From positions 210-64,209 of the forward strand of contig DAIOCN010000016.1 of assembly GCA_036747295.1 (NCBI GenBank): a stretch of 64,000 nt of DNA, read 5' to 3'. This DNA is from Candidatus Dormiibacterota bacterium. Its GTDB lineage: Bacteria > Chloroflexota > Dormibacteria > Dormibacterales > Dormibacteraceae. The notes under the pieces are model-generated. The model was not told where the DNA came from. It saw only the letters and a program-made list of their open reading frames with translations, and did no database searches. Within the stretch, counting starts at the first letter, position 1, and each line of letters starts with the position of its first letter. Made by a program: the position numbers and the translations under genes. This document shows, one piece after another, positions 1 through 8,794 of the stretch.

Positions 1-955
1 CGTGCCAGGCGTCGGTCAGCTTGAACAGGGCGACCAGGTCGGGATCCCAGAGGGTTCCGGCGCCTTCCTGGATGGCGGCTCGAGCCTGGCCGAGAGTCAG
101 TCCGCGGCGAGACGGCCGATCCGAGACCAGGGCATCGAAGCCGTCGCAGATCGCGACGATTCGAGCGGCGACCGGGATCTGGTCGCCGGCCAGCCGATCC
201 GGGTAGCCCGCGCCGTCAAGACGCTCGTGATGGTGGCGCACGATCGGCATCAGCGCGGATGCGGCGCGAAGGGGCGCGATGATCTCGGCGCCCAGGCTGG
301 GATGCTGCCGGATGAGCGCCATGTCCTCTTCGTTGAGGCTGCCGCCCGCGGCGAGGATCCGGTCGGGCAGTCCGATCTTTCCGATGTCGTGGATGAGCGT
401 CCCCCTGTAGAGGTCGGCCAGGGCCTCCGGGCTGAGCTTGGCCGCGTGGCCCAGGGCCCACGCCATCCGCGCCACCCTGATCGAGTGGGCCTCGGTATAC
501 GGGCTCCTGGCGTCGACCGCCCGAGCAAGTGTGAATACGACCTGCTCGGCATTCTCCATCCCGTCGCGGGCGTGCTTCATGCGGAGCAGGGAGCGGACCC
601 GAGCCACGATCTCGTCGCGATCCACAGGCTTGGTGAGGTAGTCGTCGGCGCCGGCCTCGAGGCTGCGGATGCGATCCGTGGTGGCGCCGAGTCCCGACAC
701 CATAACGATCGGGAGCATCGAGGTGACCGGATCGGCGCGCAGCCGGACGCAGAGCTCGAAGCCGTTCATCCCGGGCATCATCACGTCGAGCAGGAGGACG
801 TCCGGCGGCGCAGCCGCGATCGACGCGATGGCCTCGGCGCAATTGCACGCGGTGACGACCTGGCAGCCGGCGTGGCGGAGCACTTCGAACATCAGCTCGC
901 GGTTGAGCTCTTCGTCGTCGACGACCAGGACGCGTCCAGTCTCGGGCACCCGCAC
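1..955 (-). CDS. Response regulator with C-terminal HD-GYP phosphodiesterase domain (RpfG-like); 3' end lies outside the window
   Basis: Absent from the ORF track because its stop lies left of the window. My reverse translation from GTG at 955 reads MRVPETGRVLVVDDEELNRELMFEVLRHAGCQVV (receiver domain). Positions 181-240 give RHHHERLDGAGYPDRLAGD (HD-GYP signature). The frame stays open to position 2. The + ORF 2..1099 is its antisense shadow. Confidence 0.85.
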   Translation of the reverse strand, partial: MRVPETGRVLVVDDEELNRELMFEVLRHAGCQVVTACNCAEAIASIAAAPPDVLLLDVMMPGMNGFELCVRLRADPVTSMLPIVMVSGLGATTDRIRSLEAGADDYLTKPVDRDEIVARVRSLLRMKHARDGMENAEQVVFTLARAVDARSPYTEAHSIRVARMAWALGHAAKLSPEALADLYRGTLIHDIGKIGLPDRILAAGGSLNEEDMALIRQHPSLGAEIIAPLRAASALMPIVRHHHERLDGAGYPDRLAGDQIPVAARIVAICDGFDALVSDRPSRRGLTLGQARAAIQEGAGTLWDPDLVALFKLTDAWH

Positions 956-1139
956 ATCGTGGCGACCCGCAGCGGCATGGCTTCGGCGTTCGGGAGTCGA
1001 ATTGGCGTCAGATCGACGCGGCCAACCCGCGCCTCGAGCGGTGGTGCGGCCAATCAGGATCGTGACCTCTCCCCAAAACGCTGTGCCGGTTCTCCCTAAA
1101 TCTCGTGATTGAACCGGGGCCGCCGGCTGGCTACCGTGA

Positions 1140-1340
1140 GTGGCCTACATGGAGACACATCACACGCTCCGCCGAATCAACGACCTGGGGGCTCTCCTCG
1201 CGGCGATCCTCAGCCGGGACTCCGACGCGCGGCTCTCGGACGTCCCCTGGGCGTCCGACCACGCCTCCGCCGACCAGCCTCTCAATCTGCGGCTGGGCCG
1301 GCCAGACGTGATGGACGAGCCCGCCAGCCGCAGCGCCTAG
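1140..1340 (+). CDS. Hypothetical small protein (66 aa; ATG at 1149 is an alternative start)
   Basis: ORF track. Strong G/C preference at codon position 3 in this frame. No recognisable motif. Confidence 0.35.
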   Translation: MAYMETHHTLRRINDLGALLAAILSRDSDARLSDVPWASDHASADQPLNLRLGRPDVMDEPASRSA

Positions 1341-1404
1341 AGCTTGCCGACCGCCGGTCTTAGGCTTTTCTCAGGAACCGCAATTACCGTGACCTGACCG
1401 AGCC

Positions 1405-1620
1405 ATGGGACGCAAGTTGCGCGAGACCGACGAGGACAGGGATTGGAGCGCGCTCGCGCTCCGCTCGCGCAGCAACCCTTCGCTGGCGGCCAGGGCCCGG
1501 CTCGGGGCCCGGCGCGTCGCGGCGACGGCCCCCAGCCCAGTGTCCCCGGTCCCCGCGGCGATCTCGCCCGACGGCAGGCCGTTCTGGTGGGATGGCCGGC
1601 GCTGGACCGATCAGGCTTAG
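1405..1620 (+). CDS. Hypothetical small protein with C-terminal DUF2510-like WWDG motif
   Basis: The ORF ends in SPDGRPFWWDGRRWTDQA. The same SPDG-x3-WW(F)DG-x2-W motif occurs twice at the N-terminus of the 38993..39629 gene. GC3 bias supports coding. Confidence 0.45.
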   Translation: MGRKLRETDEDRDWSALALRSRSNPSLAARARLGARRVAATAPSPVSPVPAAISPDGRPFWWDGRRWTDQA

Positions 1621-1732
1621 TCGGGATCCACCGCCCGCTCCCGCGCTTGCTGCCGGATTGATTCTTGACACGGCCTGCCGACAGGCGTGAGATGGCATGC
1701 GCGCAGGCCGTTCAGCGGGGAGGGTGCAGAAA

Positions 1733-2677
1733 ATGGTCGGTAACGAGCACGCGATCGATCGGGCGAAGGTCCACTACAAGTGGGATCGCTCACTGGAACC
1801 GGCGGTCGAGATCGAGCCAGGCGACGTGGTGCACTTCGAGACCGAGGAGGTGACGGACGGGCAGCTCAAGCCGGATTCCCCCGCCTCCGATCTCCTGAAC
1901 CTCGATTTCGACCGGCTCTATCCGCTGGCCGGACCCGTCTTTGTGAAGGGAGCGGAGCCGGGTGACGCGCTGGAGGTCGAGATCCTCGAGCTGCGGCCCC
2001 TGGACTGGGGCTGGGCCGGCCTGATCCCTGGCCTCGGCCTTCTGGCGGAGGACTTCCCGGAGCCCTACCTGCGGGTCTTCGACCTGAAGAACGGCGAGTT
2101 CGCGGCCCTGCGCGACGACATCCGCATCCCCATCCAGCCGTTTTGCGGAACCATGGGCGTGGCGACCGACGAGGCCGGACCGGTGGACGTGCTGCCGCCG
2201 ACCAAGGGCGCCGGCAACGTGGACACGCGGCACCTGACCGCGGGCACGCGGCTGCGCTTGCCGGTGTTCGTCAGCGGAGGCCTGTTCTCGGCCGGCGACT
2301 GCCACGCCGCCCAGGGCGACGGCGAGGTCTGCGTCACAGGGATCGAGTGCCCGATGCGCTTCTCGCTGCGGTTCAACCTCCTGAAGGGCGCCGCGCCGCG
2401 GCCCTGGAGCTACCAGTTCACGACCCCGCCCGGCAGCCTGCAGGCACGGTCCGACAGGGCCGGCTACCTCGCGATGACAGCCCTCGGCCCGGACCTGATG
2501 GAGAACGCCAAGAACTCGGTGCGCGACCTGATCGGATGGCTGGGCCGCGAGAGAGGCCTCGGCGCGCCCGATGCCTATATCCTCTGCAGCCTGGCCGCCG
2601 ACCTCAAGATCAGCCAGATCGTCGACCAGCCGAACTGGGGCGTCTCCGCATACCTTTCGCTGGGGGTCTTCACCTAG
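1733..2677 (+). CDS. Acetamidase/formamidase family amidohydrolase (FmdA_AmdA)
   Basis: Family-typical motifs GNVDTRHL and AGDCHAAQGDGEVC. A GGAGG Shine-Dalgarno lies 9 nt before ATG 1733, which I prefer to the track start at 1697. Confidence 0.85.
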   Translation: MVGNEHAIDRAKVHYKWDRSLEPAVEIEPGDVVHFETEEVTDGQLKPDSPASDLLNLDFDRLYPLAGPVFVKGAEPGDALEVEILELRPLDWGWAGLIPGLGLLAEDFPEPYLRVFDLKNGEFAALRDDIRIPIQPFCGTMGVATDEAGPVDVLPPTKGAGNVDTRHLTAGTRLRLPVFVSGGLFSAGDCHAAQGDGEVCVTGIECPMRFSLRFNLLKGAAPRPWSYQFTTPPGSLQARSDRAGYLAMTALGPDLMENAKNSVRDLIGWLGRERGLGAPDAYILCSLAADLKISQIVDQPNWGVSAYLSLGVFT

Positions 2678-2752
2678 CAGAATCCCGCGCCTCGGGCCGG
2701 GCGCAGGCGTTTGGAAGGAGCGATTTTGCCCACCGCTTCGTAAAGTGGAGGG

Positions 2753-4108
2753 GTGAGATTGTCCTGGCACAGCGCTCGCTGGGTCCTGATAGGGGCCCTG
2801 CTCGTGGCTCTATTGGCCGGCGCGGGATCCGTGATTCTGGCCGGACAGTCAGTCACGGCGGCCCAGGCCGAGTACGCTGCGGCCGGCCGCAGCCTTGACG
2901 TTCAGCTCGCCGCAGCCGCCCAGGCCGGGTACGGCGAGCAGGACCTGCAGCCGGTCCAGGACCAGCTGACGCTGGTGCGGGCAGCTCACCTGCCGCTGCT
3001 GGTCTGGGCCCAGCCTGGCTTCTACTCGAACCAGGCCTCCCGCCTGCGCGGGCTGCAGGCTGACCTTCACCAGACCCAGGCCCAGGTCGACCAGAACGCC
3101 AAGCAGGACCTGGACCAGCAGCTCGCCACCGCCAAGACCGGGATCGACCGCGCTCGCACGATCGACGTCGCCGACGCCCAGACGACCGGCCTGGCGGGAC
3201 GCTACGACGACCTGGTGAAGCGGCAGTTCGCCGCGACCACGATTGCGGACGTCCGCAAGGCGGACACCGACGCCAAGACGCTGGTCACCGACGTGATCGC
3301 CGCGGGCAGCCAGCAGACGGCCGAGAACACGGCCATCCAGACGGTGGCCGACACCCTGACCCAGCAGGGCGCCAGCCTGGCCACAATGCAGAGCCTGGGC
3401 AACACCTCGCTGGCAGCGGGCCGAAACGACGCCACCGTGGCCGCTTACGAGGCCAAGCCGGGGCGCTTCGCGGCGCTCACGCAGCTGATGGACGCCTACA
3501 ACCGCATGGAGCACTACGCTGCGCGGATCGGCTCAGCAGATCCCCAGCAGGCGGCCTTCGGGACGGCCGCCGTGCAGCGCTACGCCGGGCTGGTCCATTC
3601 CCAGCTGATGCAGAACCTCGGACCCAAGCACGTCATCGTCTCGTTCGAGGCCCAGCACGTCTGGGTCTACGACGCCCAGAAGGTCGTGCTGGAGTCGGCG
3701 GTGACGACCGGCATCCGTGGCTCCACCGCCTACGGGACCGACTTCGGACCGATGAAGGTGCTGCACAACGATCATCCCTTCAAGATGCACTCGCCCTGGC
3801 CGAAGGGCTCGGTGTACTGGTACCCGGACACGGTCGTCCAGTGGACGGTGTTCTTCACCAACAGCGGCGAGTCCTTCCACGACGCATCGTGGGAGTCCGA
3901 CTACCAGTTGGGGCCGGGCTCGCAGTACAACGCCTCGACCCGCAGCCACGGCTGCATCCACATCCCCTACAGCGACGCCCAGTGGCTCTACGGCTGGGCC
4001 GACGTCGGCACGCCGGTGGACGTCGTGCCGGGTGACGGCCAGCCGCTCGCCGCCCAGCTGGCCGAGATGACGACCGACGACCAGGGCGTCCCGCTGAACC
4101 CGGCCTGA
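2753..4108 (+). CDS. L,D-transpeptidase (YkuD domain) with N-terminal membrane anchor and long Ala/Gln-rich helical region
   Basis: N-terminal TM WVLIGALLVALLAGAGSVILAG. C-terminal YkuD catalytic motif STRSHGCIHIPYSDAQWLY. Confidence 0.85.
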   Translation: MRLSWHSARWVLIGALLVALLAGAGSVILAGQSVTAAQAEYAAAGRSLDVQLAAAAQAGYGEQDLQPVQDQLTLVRAAHLPLLVWAQPGFYSNQASRLRGLQADLHQTQAQVDQNAKQDLDQQLATAKTGIDRARTIDVADAQTTGLAGRYDDLVKRQFAATTIADVRKADTDAKTLVTDVIAAGSQQTAENTAIQTVADTLTQQGASLATMQSLGNTSLAAGRNDATVAAYEAKPGRFAALTQLMDAYNRMEHYAARIGSADPQQAAFGTAAVQRYAGLVHSQLMQNLGPKHVIVSFEAQHVWVYDAQKVVLESAVTTGIRGSTAYGTDFGPMKVLHNDHPFKMHSPWPKGSVYWYPDTVVQWTVFFTNSGESFHDASWESDYQLGPGSQYNASTRSHGCIHIPYSDAQWLYGWADVGTPVDVVPGDGQPLAAQLAEMTTDDQGVPLNPA

Positions 4109-4219
4109 TCTGCTGACCCGGATGCGGCCGCTGGGCGCTGGTCAGCGCATCGCCGGGCCACGTGGCGGAGTCTAGCCAGGCTGGCGGCCACCGGAGCCCG
4201 GGCTCGGGGCGAGAGGCCC

Positions 4220-4801
4220 TCAGTCGAAGAGCAGTGCGTACCCTCGGCGGGGATGGGTGCGCAGCTCGGCGGGCAGGGCCACCTGGGCCAGCTTCTCGCG
4301 CACGCGCACGATGTAAGTGCGGACCTGCTCTGACGAGAGCCGGCGGTCCTGCCAGGCCATCGCGGCGATGGCGGTCGTGTTGAAGTCGCGGCCAGGGTGT
4401 CGGAGCAGAAGGTCCAGCAGCTGCGACTCGCGGCGGGTCAGCCGGACCTCACGCCCGCGATGCCGCAAGCGTCGCGTGGCCACGTCGAAGTCCACGCCGG
4501 CCAACTGCATGCTGCGCTTGTCCCAGAAGTCCAGGCGTTCCCGGACGTGGTGGATGTGCGCCCGCCTGGTGGCCAGGTCGCCGCTCTCGACGCCCCGCCG
4601 CGCCGACTCGGACATCCCTTCCAGCTCGCCGCTCATCCGGCCCAGCTGGGCGGAGTGGAAGGACAGCAGCTCCTGGTAGACGTTCACCCAGTGGCGCGCG
4701 TCGAGGGGGTGCTCGGTGTCCGGGTCCTCGCCGACGATCAGGCCGGGGGCCTCGACTGCGGTGTCTGACTTCTCTTTGCTCTTCGGCATCTCAAGGTCCA
4801 T
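4220..4801 (-). CDS. Receiver-less OmpR/PhoB-type winged-helix DNA-binding protein with an unassigned N-terminal helical domain
   Basis: The C-terminus LTRRESQLLDLLLRHPGRDF...VRTYIVRVREKLA...THPRRGYALLFD matches the Trans_reg_C pattern. N-terminal residues 20-100 are paralogous to the neighbouring 95-aa protein. Confidence 0.75.
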   Translation of the reverse strand: MDLEMPKSKEKSDTAVEAPGLIVGEDPDTEHPLDARHWVNVYQELLSFHSAQLGRMSGELEGMSESARRGVESGDLATRRAHIHHVRERLDFWDKRSMQLAGVDFDVATRRLRHRGREVRLTRRESQLLDLLLRHPGRDFNTTAIAAMAWQDRRLSSEQVRTYIVRVREKLAQVALPAELRTHPRRGYALLFD

Positions 4802-4894
4802 TGCTCAGGTTGCTGAACTTGCAAAGATCGCGCTACGGCGAAATTTTGCGACGGGCGTTGCCGCAAAGTCCAGCCCCCAACAGCATCGCGGCGT

Positions 4895-5182
4895 CTAGGC
4901 AGTGGCCGGGCGGAGCCGGGCTTCCCAGTATCCGAACCGGCGCTCGAATCGCGCCAGCTCCTCTTTCAGCATCTTCATGTCGTCTCTCTCGAGCTCGGCT
5001 CGGGCGTCCTTCTGGAGACCTTCGAGCATGCCTCCGAGGGACCGTATCAGCGACCTCTTAGTCGCGATCAGCTCGCGGTAAACGAGGGTCCAGTGGGCCG
5101 CGTCCTGGGACGACGGGTTGGGCGCGTCTTCACCGGGTAACAGGCGGTCGGGAGCCATGGGATCCACCATTCCTTCCGCCAC
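4895..5182 (-). CDS. Hypothetical 95-aa helical protein, stand-alone copy of the N-terminal domain of the 4220..4801 regulator
   Basis: GEDAPNPSSQDAAHWTLVYRELIATKRSL...LEGLQKDAR...RFGYWEAR aligns with GEDPDTEHPLDARHWVNVYQELLSFHSAQL...LEGMSESAR...RLDFWDKR. Good GC3. Confidence 0.55.
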   Translation of the reverse strand: MAEGMVDPMAPDRLLPGEDAPNPSSQDAAHWTLVYRELIATKRSLIRSLGGMLEGLQKDARAELERDDMKMLKEELARFERRFGYWEARLRPATA

Positions 5183-5361
5183 CGACCAGATCAGCTGTCC
5201 AGGGTTCGCCGGCCCGGGGGGAAGGTGCGGGCGAACGAGACCCTGGGGCGCCAGTATGCGCCTTCAAGTTTTTCGTCGCGCGAATCGCTGACACGAAACC
5301 TGGCAATTGCGATATCAGAGAGGGGTCCCCCCGAAGGCGGCGGCACTTAGAATCGGCGTGC

Positions 5362-5859
5362 ATGATCGGCTGGCGCTTCTACGACTCGAATCCGCTCCGG
5401 GACGCCCTGGAGCAGATGGCCGCCGAGCACCGCCGGCGGCCCGGGCGCGGCGAACCGATGCCGATCAACGTCTACGAGGATTCGGGAGCGGTCGTCGTCG
5501 AGGCTGCTCTGCCGGCCGTTACGGCCGAACGCGTGGACCTGAGCTGCAGCGAAGGCCTGCTGACGATCAGGGCCCGGGCCGATATCCCCGAGCGCGAGTA
5601 CATCCACCAGGAGATGGGGACCGTCGACTACCTGCGCCAGGTGGTGCTGCCGGGCGACTGCCGGTTTGACGAGGCGGAGGCCTCCTTCGACTCGGGCATC
5701 CTGACCATCCGGGTGCCCAAGGTGAAGCTGAAGACGCCCGAGAAGATCCGCATCCAGGTCACGAAGCGCGATTCGGGGCAGACGCTCGAGGCCCATCCCG
5801 GCAGCGGCTACTCCGAGGTCAAGACCCCCATCCGCAAGCGGCGCCCGAAGGCTCAGTAA
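5362..5859 (+). CDS. Small heat-shock protein, Hsp20/alpha-crystallin family
   Basis: Alpha-crystallin domain pattern: PINVYEDSGAVVVEAALPAVTAERVDL...GLLTIRA...ASFDSGILTIRVPK. Confidence 0.85.
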   Translation: MIGWRFYDSNPLRDALEQMAAEHRRRPGRGEPMPINVYEDSGAVVVEAALPAVTAERVDLSCSEGLLTIRARADIPEREYIHQEMGTVDYLRQVVLPGDCRFDEAEASFDSGILTIRVPKVKLKTPEKIRIQVTKRDSGQTLEAHPGSGYSEVKTPIRKRRPKAQ

Positions 5860-6671
5860 AAGACGGTCTTCCGGCGCGGCAGCATCCGGTCGACCGCGGC
5901 CTGGATCGAGCCCCGCACCTCCTCCGAGATCTCCAGCACCAGCGCCGGGTCCTCGGCGGCCTCGGGACCCAGCGCCACAGTGTCGACGGGCTCGCCGAAG
6001 GCGATGAACCACTTCGACGGCAGCGGCATCACGCCAACCGGGCCGAGGAGGGGGAAGGTCGCGGTGAGCGGGAACGAGGGCAGCCCAAACAGGCGGGCCA
6101 GCACGGGCACGTCGGCCACCACTGGGTGGACCTCCTCACTGCCGACCACCGCGACCGGGATGATCGGGGAACCCGTCCGGAGAGCGACCTGGACGAAGCC
6201 GCCCCGGCCGAAGCGCTGGACCCGGTAGCGCTCGCGGTAAAGCTTGGCGGCCCCCTTGACGCCCTCCGGGAAGACGCCCACCAACTGGTCGCGCTCGAGC
6301 AGGGTGGTCGCGTTGTCGGGGTGGGCCAAGACGTTCCCGGTGCGCAGGAGGAACTGCGAGATGAACGGCAACCGGAAGGCCCAATCAACGACCAGCATCC
6401 GGGCGTGCCGGGGCTGCAGGTGCTCCAGCCAGATGGCGGTCCGGATCATAGCGCCGTCGTACGGCACGACTCCCGCGTGGTTGGCCGCGAGCAGTGCGCG
6501 CCCGCTCGCAGGGACGTTCTCCACGCCCTCCGACTCGACGCGCCAGTAGCGGCGGTACAGCCACTCGGCGACCGGCAGCCCGACTCGCTCGGTGAACTCG
6601 GCGTCGAACCCGAAGTCGTCGATGGGGGCGGCTGGGAGCGCGGGCTCGGCCACCCTGAGGGCTCGGGCCAT
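5853..6671 (-). CDS. PlsC-family acyltransferase (lysophospholipid acyltransferase-like)
   Basis: Acyltransferase blocks LLAANHAGVVPYDG and VGVFPEGVKG. Confidence 0.7.
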   Translation of the reverse strand: MARALRVAEPALPAAPIDDFGFDAEFTERVGLPVAEWLYRRYWRVESEGVENVPASGRALLAANHAGVVPYDGAMIRTAIWLEHLQPRHARMLVVDWAFRLPFISQFLLRTGNVLAHPDNATTLLERDQLVGVFPEGVKGAAKLYRERYRVQRFGRGGFVQVALRTGSPIIPVAVVGSEEVHPVVADVPVLARLFGLPSFPLTATFPLLGPVGVMPLPSKWFIAFGEPVDTVALGPEAAEDPALVLEISEEVRGSIQAAVDRMLPRRKTVFY

Positions 6672-6741
6672 CGCTCGATTATGGGCGGGTGGGCGCTACG
6701 CCGGGATCGGTGGATCCGGCTAAGATCGCCTTGGCCTCGCC

Positions 6742-7674
6742 ATGGCACTCGACTTCCAGGCCGCATCTGACGAATACCTCGGCTGGCTCCAGCTGGAAGC
6801 CAATCGCAGCCCGAACACGGTCCGTGCCTACGCCGCCGAGCTGCGCCGGCTGGCGGCCTTCCTGGCTGGGCGCAGCCACTCGCTCCGGATGGAGGATCTC
6901 GTCCATGAGGATCTCCGGGCCTTCCAGCGCCACCTTGCGCTGACGCTCAAGAGCCCGGCTTCGCGGGCGCGGGCGCTGGTGGCGGTCCGCTCCTGGCTGC
7001 GCTGGCTGGCGCGGGAGGAGCTCGTCAAGAACGACCTCTCGAACCGGATCACCCTGCCCAAGCTGGAGCAGCGGCTGCCCAAGCCCATGCAGCCCGACGA
7101 GCTGACCGACCTCCTGGCCGCGCTGCCCTCCGAGACCCCGTTGGACAAGCGCGACAAGGCGCTCGTTAACTTCCTGATCAGCACCGGCTGCCGGATCTCA
7201 GAAGCGCTCGCCCTCGACCGGACCGACGTTCCCCGCCAGGGCAACCGGCTGATCGTGACCGGCAAGGGCGCCAAGCAGCGCGCGGTCTACCTTACGGCGG
7301 ACGCCAAGGCGGCCGTCGACGATTACCTCCTGGCCCGAACCGACACCTGCATGGCGCTGTTCGTCAACTACGACCGCTCGGCGCCCAGGGGCGGCGAGCG
7401 CCGGCTCACCGCGGCCGGTGCTCAGTACGTCGTCCGGCGCCTGCGGGCCAGGTTCGGGGCCTGGTCCTTCAAATCCCCGCACGTCGCCCGCCACACTGCC
7501 GCAACCACCCTGCTGGAGGTCACCGGCGGCGACGTGCGCCTGGTCCAGGAGGTCCTTGGCCACGCCAACCTGAACACCCTGCAGGGCTATACCAAGATCG
7601 TGGACGCGCGCAAGCAGGAGGCCTACAAGCACTACCAGGAGTACCTGGACGACAAGAAACGGGAGGTGAGGTGA
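6742..7674 (+). CDS. Tyrosine recombinase, XerC/XerD-like
   Basis: N-terminal SAM-like domain plus catalytic C-terminus ARHTAATTLLEVTGGDVRLVQEVLGHANLNTLQGYTKI (R..HxxR..Y). Confidence 0.85.
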   Translation: MALDFQAASDEYLGWLQLEANRSPNTVRAYAAELRRLAAFLAGRSHSLRMEDLVHEDLRAFQRHLALTLKSPASRARALVAVRSWLRWLAREELVKNDLSNRITLPKLEQRLPKPMQPDELTDLLAALPSETPLDKRDKALVNFLISTGCRISEALALDRTDVPRQGNRLIVTGKGAKQRAVYLTADAKAAVDDYLLARTDTCMALFVNYDRSAPRGGERRLTAAGAQYVVRRLRARFGAWSFKSPHVARHTAATTLLEVTGGDVRLVQEVLGHANLNTLQGYTKIVDARKQEAYKHYQEYLDDKKREVR

Positions 7675-8633
7675 GGACCCGCCTGACCGAGGTGCTCGGC
7701 ATCGAGCACCCGGTGATCCTGGGCGGCATGGGCAGCGGCAGCACCACGCCCGAGCTGGTGGCCGCGGTGGCGGAGGCGGGCGGGCTCGGCATCAACGGGG
7801 TCAGCCGCTACCCGGCCGAGCGGGTGGCCGGGGTGGCTGCTGGTATACGCGCACTGACCGACCGGCCTTACGGGCTGAACCTGCTCCTGTTCATGAGCGA
7901 CGACGCCGCCGTCGACGCGGTGCTGGCGGAACAGCCGGCCGTGTTCTCGACGGCCTGGCCCTGGCCGGACCAGGACCTGAAGCCGATCTTCGAGCGAGCC
8001 CACGCGGCCGGCGCCACGGTGGTCCACCAGGTCGCCGGGGTGGAGGAGGCCAGGCGCGCGGCCGAGGCGGGGGCGGATGTGATCGTGGCCCAGGGAACCG
8101 AAGGCGGCGGCCACGTCGCCCTCATCTCGACACTAGTGCTGACGCCGATGACCGTGCGCGCCGTCTCCCCCCTTCCGGTAATCGCGGCAGGCGGCATCGC
8201 CGACGGCGCCGGGCTGGCGGCGGCCCTCATGCTGGGCGCGGAGGGCGTTCTCCTGGGGACCCGGTTCCTTGCCACCGTCGAGTCGCCGTGGCCCGAGGCA
8301 TGGAAGCAGGCCATCCTGGCCAGCGACGGCCACGACACCATGCTCTCGGAGATCCCGGACATCGCCCGGGCGACCGTCTGGCCCGGTGCCTTCGACCGTT
8401 CCTGGCGCAACCGCCTGATCGAGGAGTGGGCCGGCCGCGAGAACGAGCTACGCCAGCGGCGGACAGAGATCGGCCGCCGGATGGCGGAAGCCAAGGAGCG
8501 CGGCGAGACCGACTACGGCGAGCTCAACTTCGGCCAGGTCGCGGGCCTGATCGGCGAGATCCTGCCCGCGGGCGAGGTGGTGCGCCAGATGGTGGCGCAG
8601 GCCGAGGAGCTGCTCGGAAAGGCCACCGGCTGA
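7671..8633 (+). CDS. Nitronate monooxygenase (NMO / 2-nitropropane dioxygenase-like FMN enzyme)
   Basis: LGIEHPVILGGMGSGSTTPELVAAV and VIVAQGTEGGGH motifs. The GTG start overlaps the recombinase stop (GTGA). Confidence 0.8.
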   Translation: MRTRLTEVLGIEHPVILGGMGSGSTTPELVAAVAEAGGLGINGVSRYPAERVAGVAAGIRALTDRPYGLNLLLFMSDDAAVDAVLAEQPAVFSTAWPWPDQDLKPIFERAHAAGATVVHQVAGVEEARRAAEAGADVIVAQGTEGGGHVALISTLVLTPMTVRAVSPLPVIAAGGIADGAGLAAALMLGAEGVLLGTRFLATVESPWPEAWKQAILASDGHDTMLSEIPDIARATVWPGAFDRSWRNRLIEEWAGRENELRQRRTEIGRRMAEAKERGETDYGELNFGQVAGLIGEILPAGEVVRQMVAQAEELLGKATG

Positions 8634-8668
8634 GCTGAGTCCGAGCGCCGAGCGGTAACTGGAGGCGC

Positions 8669-8781
8669 AGTACCCCGGTAATGCGGCATTCCGACCTGTT
8701 CGGAGCCGCATTACCCGGAGAACGCGGCATTCCGACCCTGTTCGGAGCCGCATTACCCGGAGAACGCGGCATTCCCAACCC
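8669..8781. repeat. Tandem 41-42 bp hairpin-forming repeat (2 full copies plus partial flanks) in a convergent intergenic region
   Basis: Copies at 8683-8723 and 8724-8765, with partial copies at 8669-8682 and 8766-8781. Each unit folds as GCGGC-AT-TCCGA / loop CC(C)TGT / TCGGA-GCCGC, followed by ATTACCCGGAGAAC. Confidence 0.8.
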
Positions 8782-8794
8782 GCTACCTCTTGGG

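Noticed and set aside
5183-5361. Known heat-shock operators (CIRCE, HAIR) upstream of hsp20
   Set aside because: I found no TTAGCACTC-N9-GAGTGCTAA or CTTGAGT-N7-ACTCAAG-like element. Only weak promoter-like hexamers are present (CTGACA-N17-GATATC).
6742-7674. Tyrosine recombinase as the integrase of a prophage or genomic island
   Set aside because: There are no flanking phage, conjugation or att-like repeats. The size and motifs fit chromosomal XerC/XerD, and neighbouring genes are ordinary metabolism.
8669-8781. Possible CRISPR array
   Set aside because: There are only two full repeats, directly abutting with no spacers, and no cas genes. It behaves as a tandem hairpin repeat instead.
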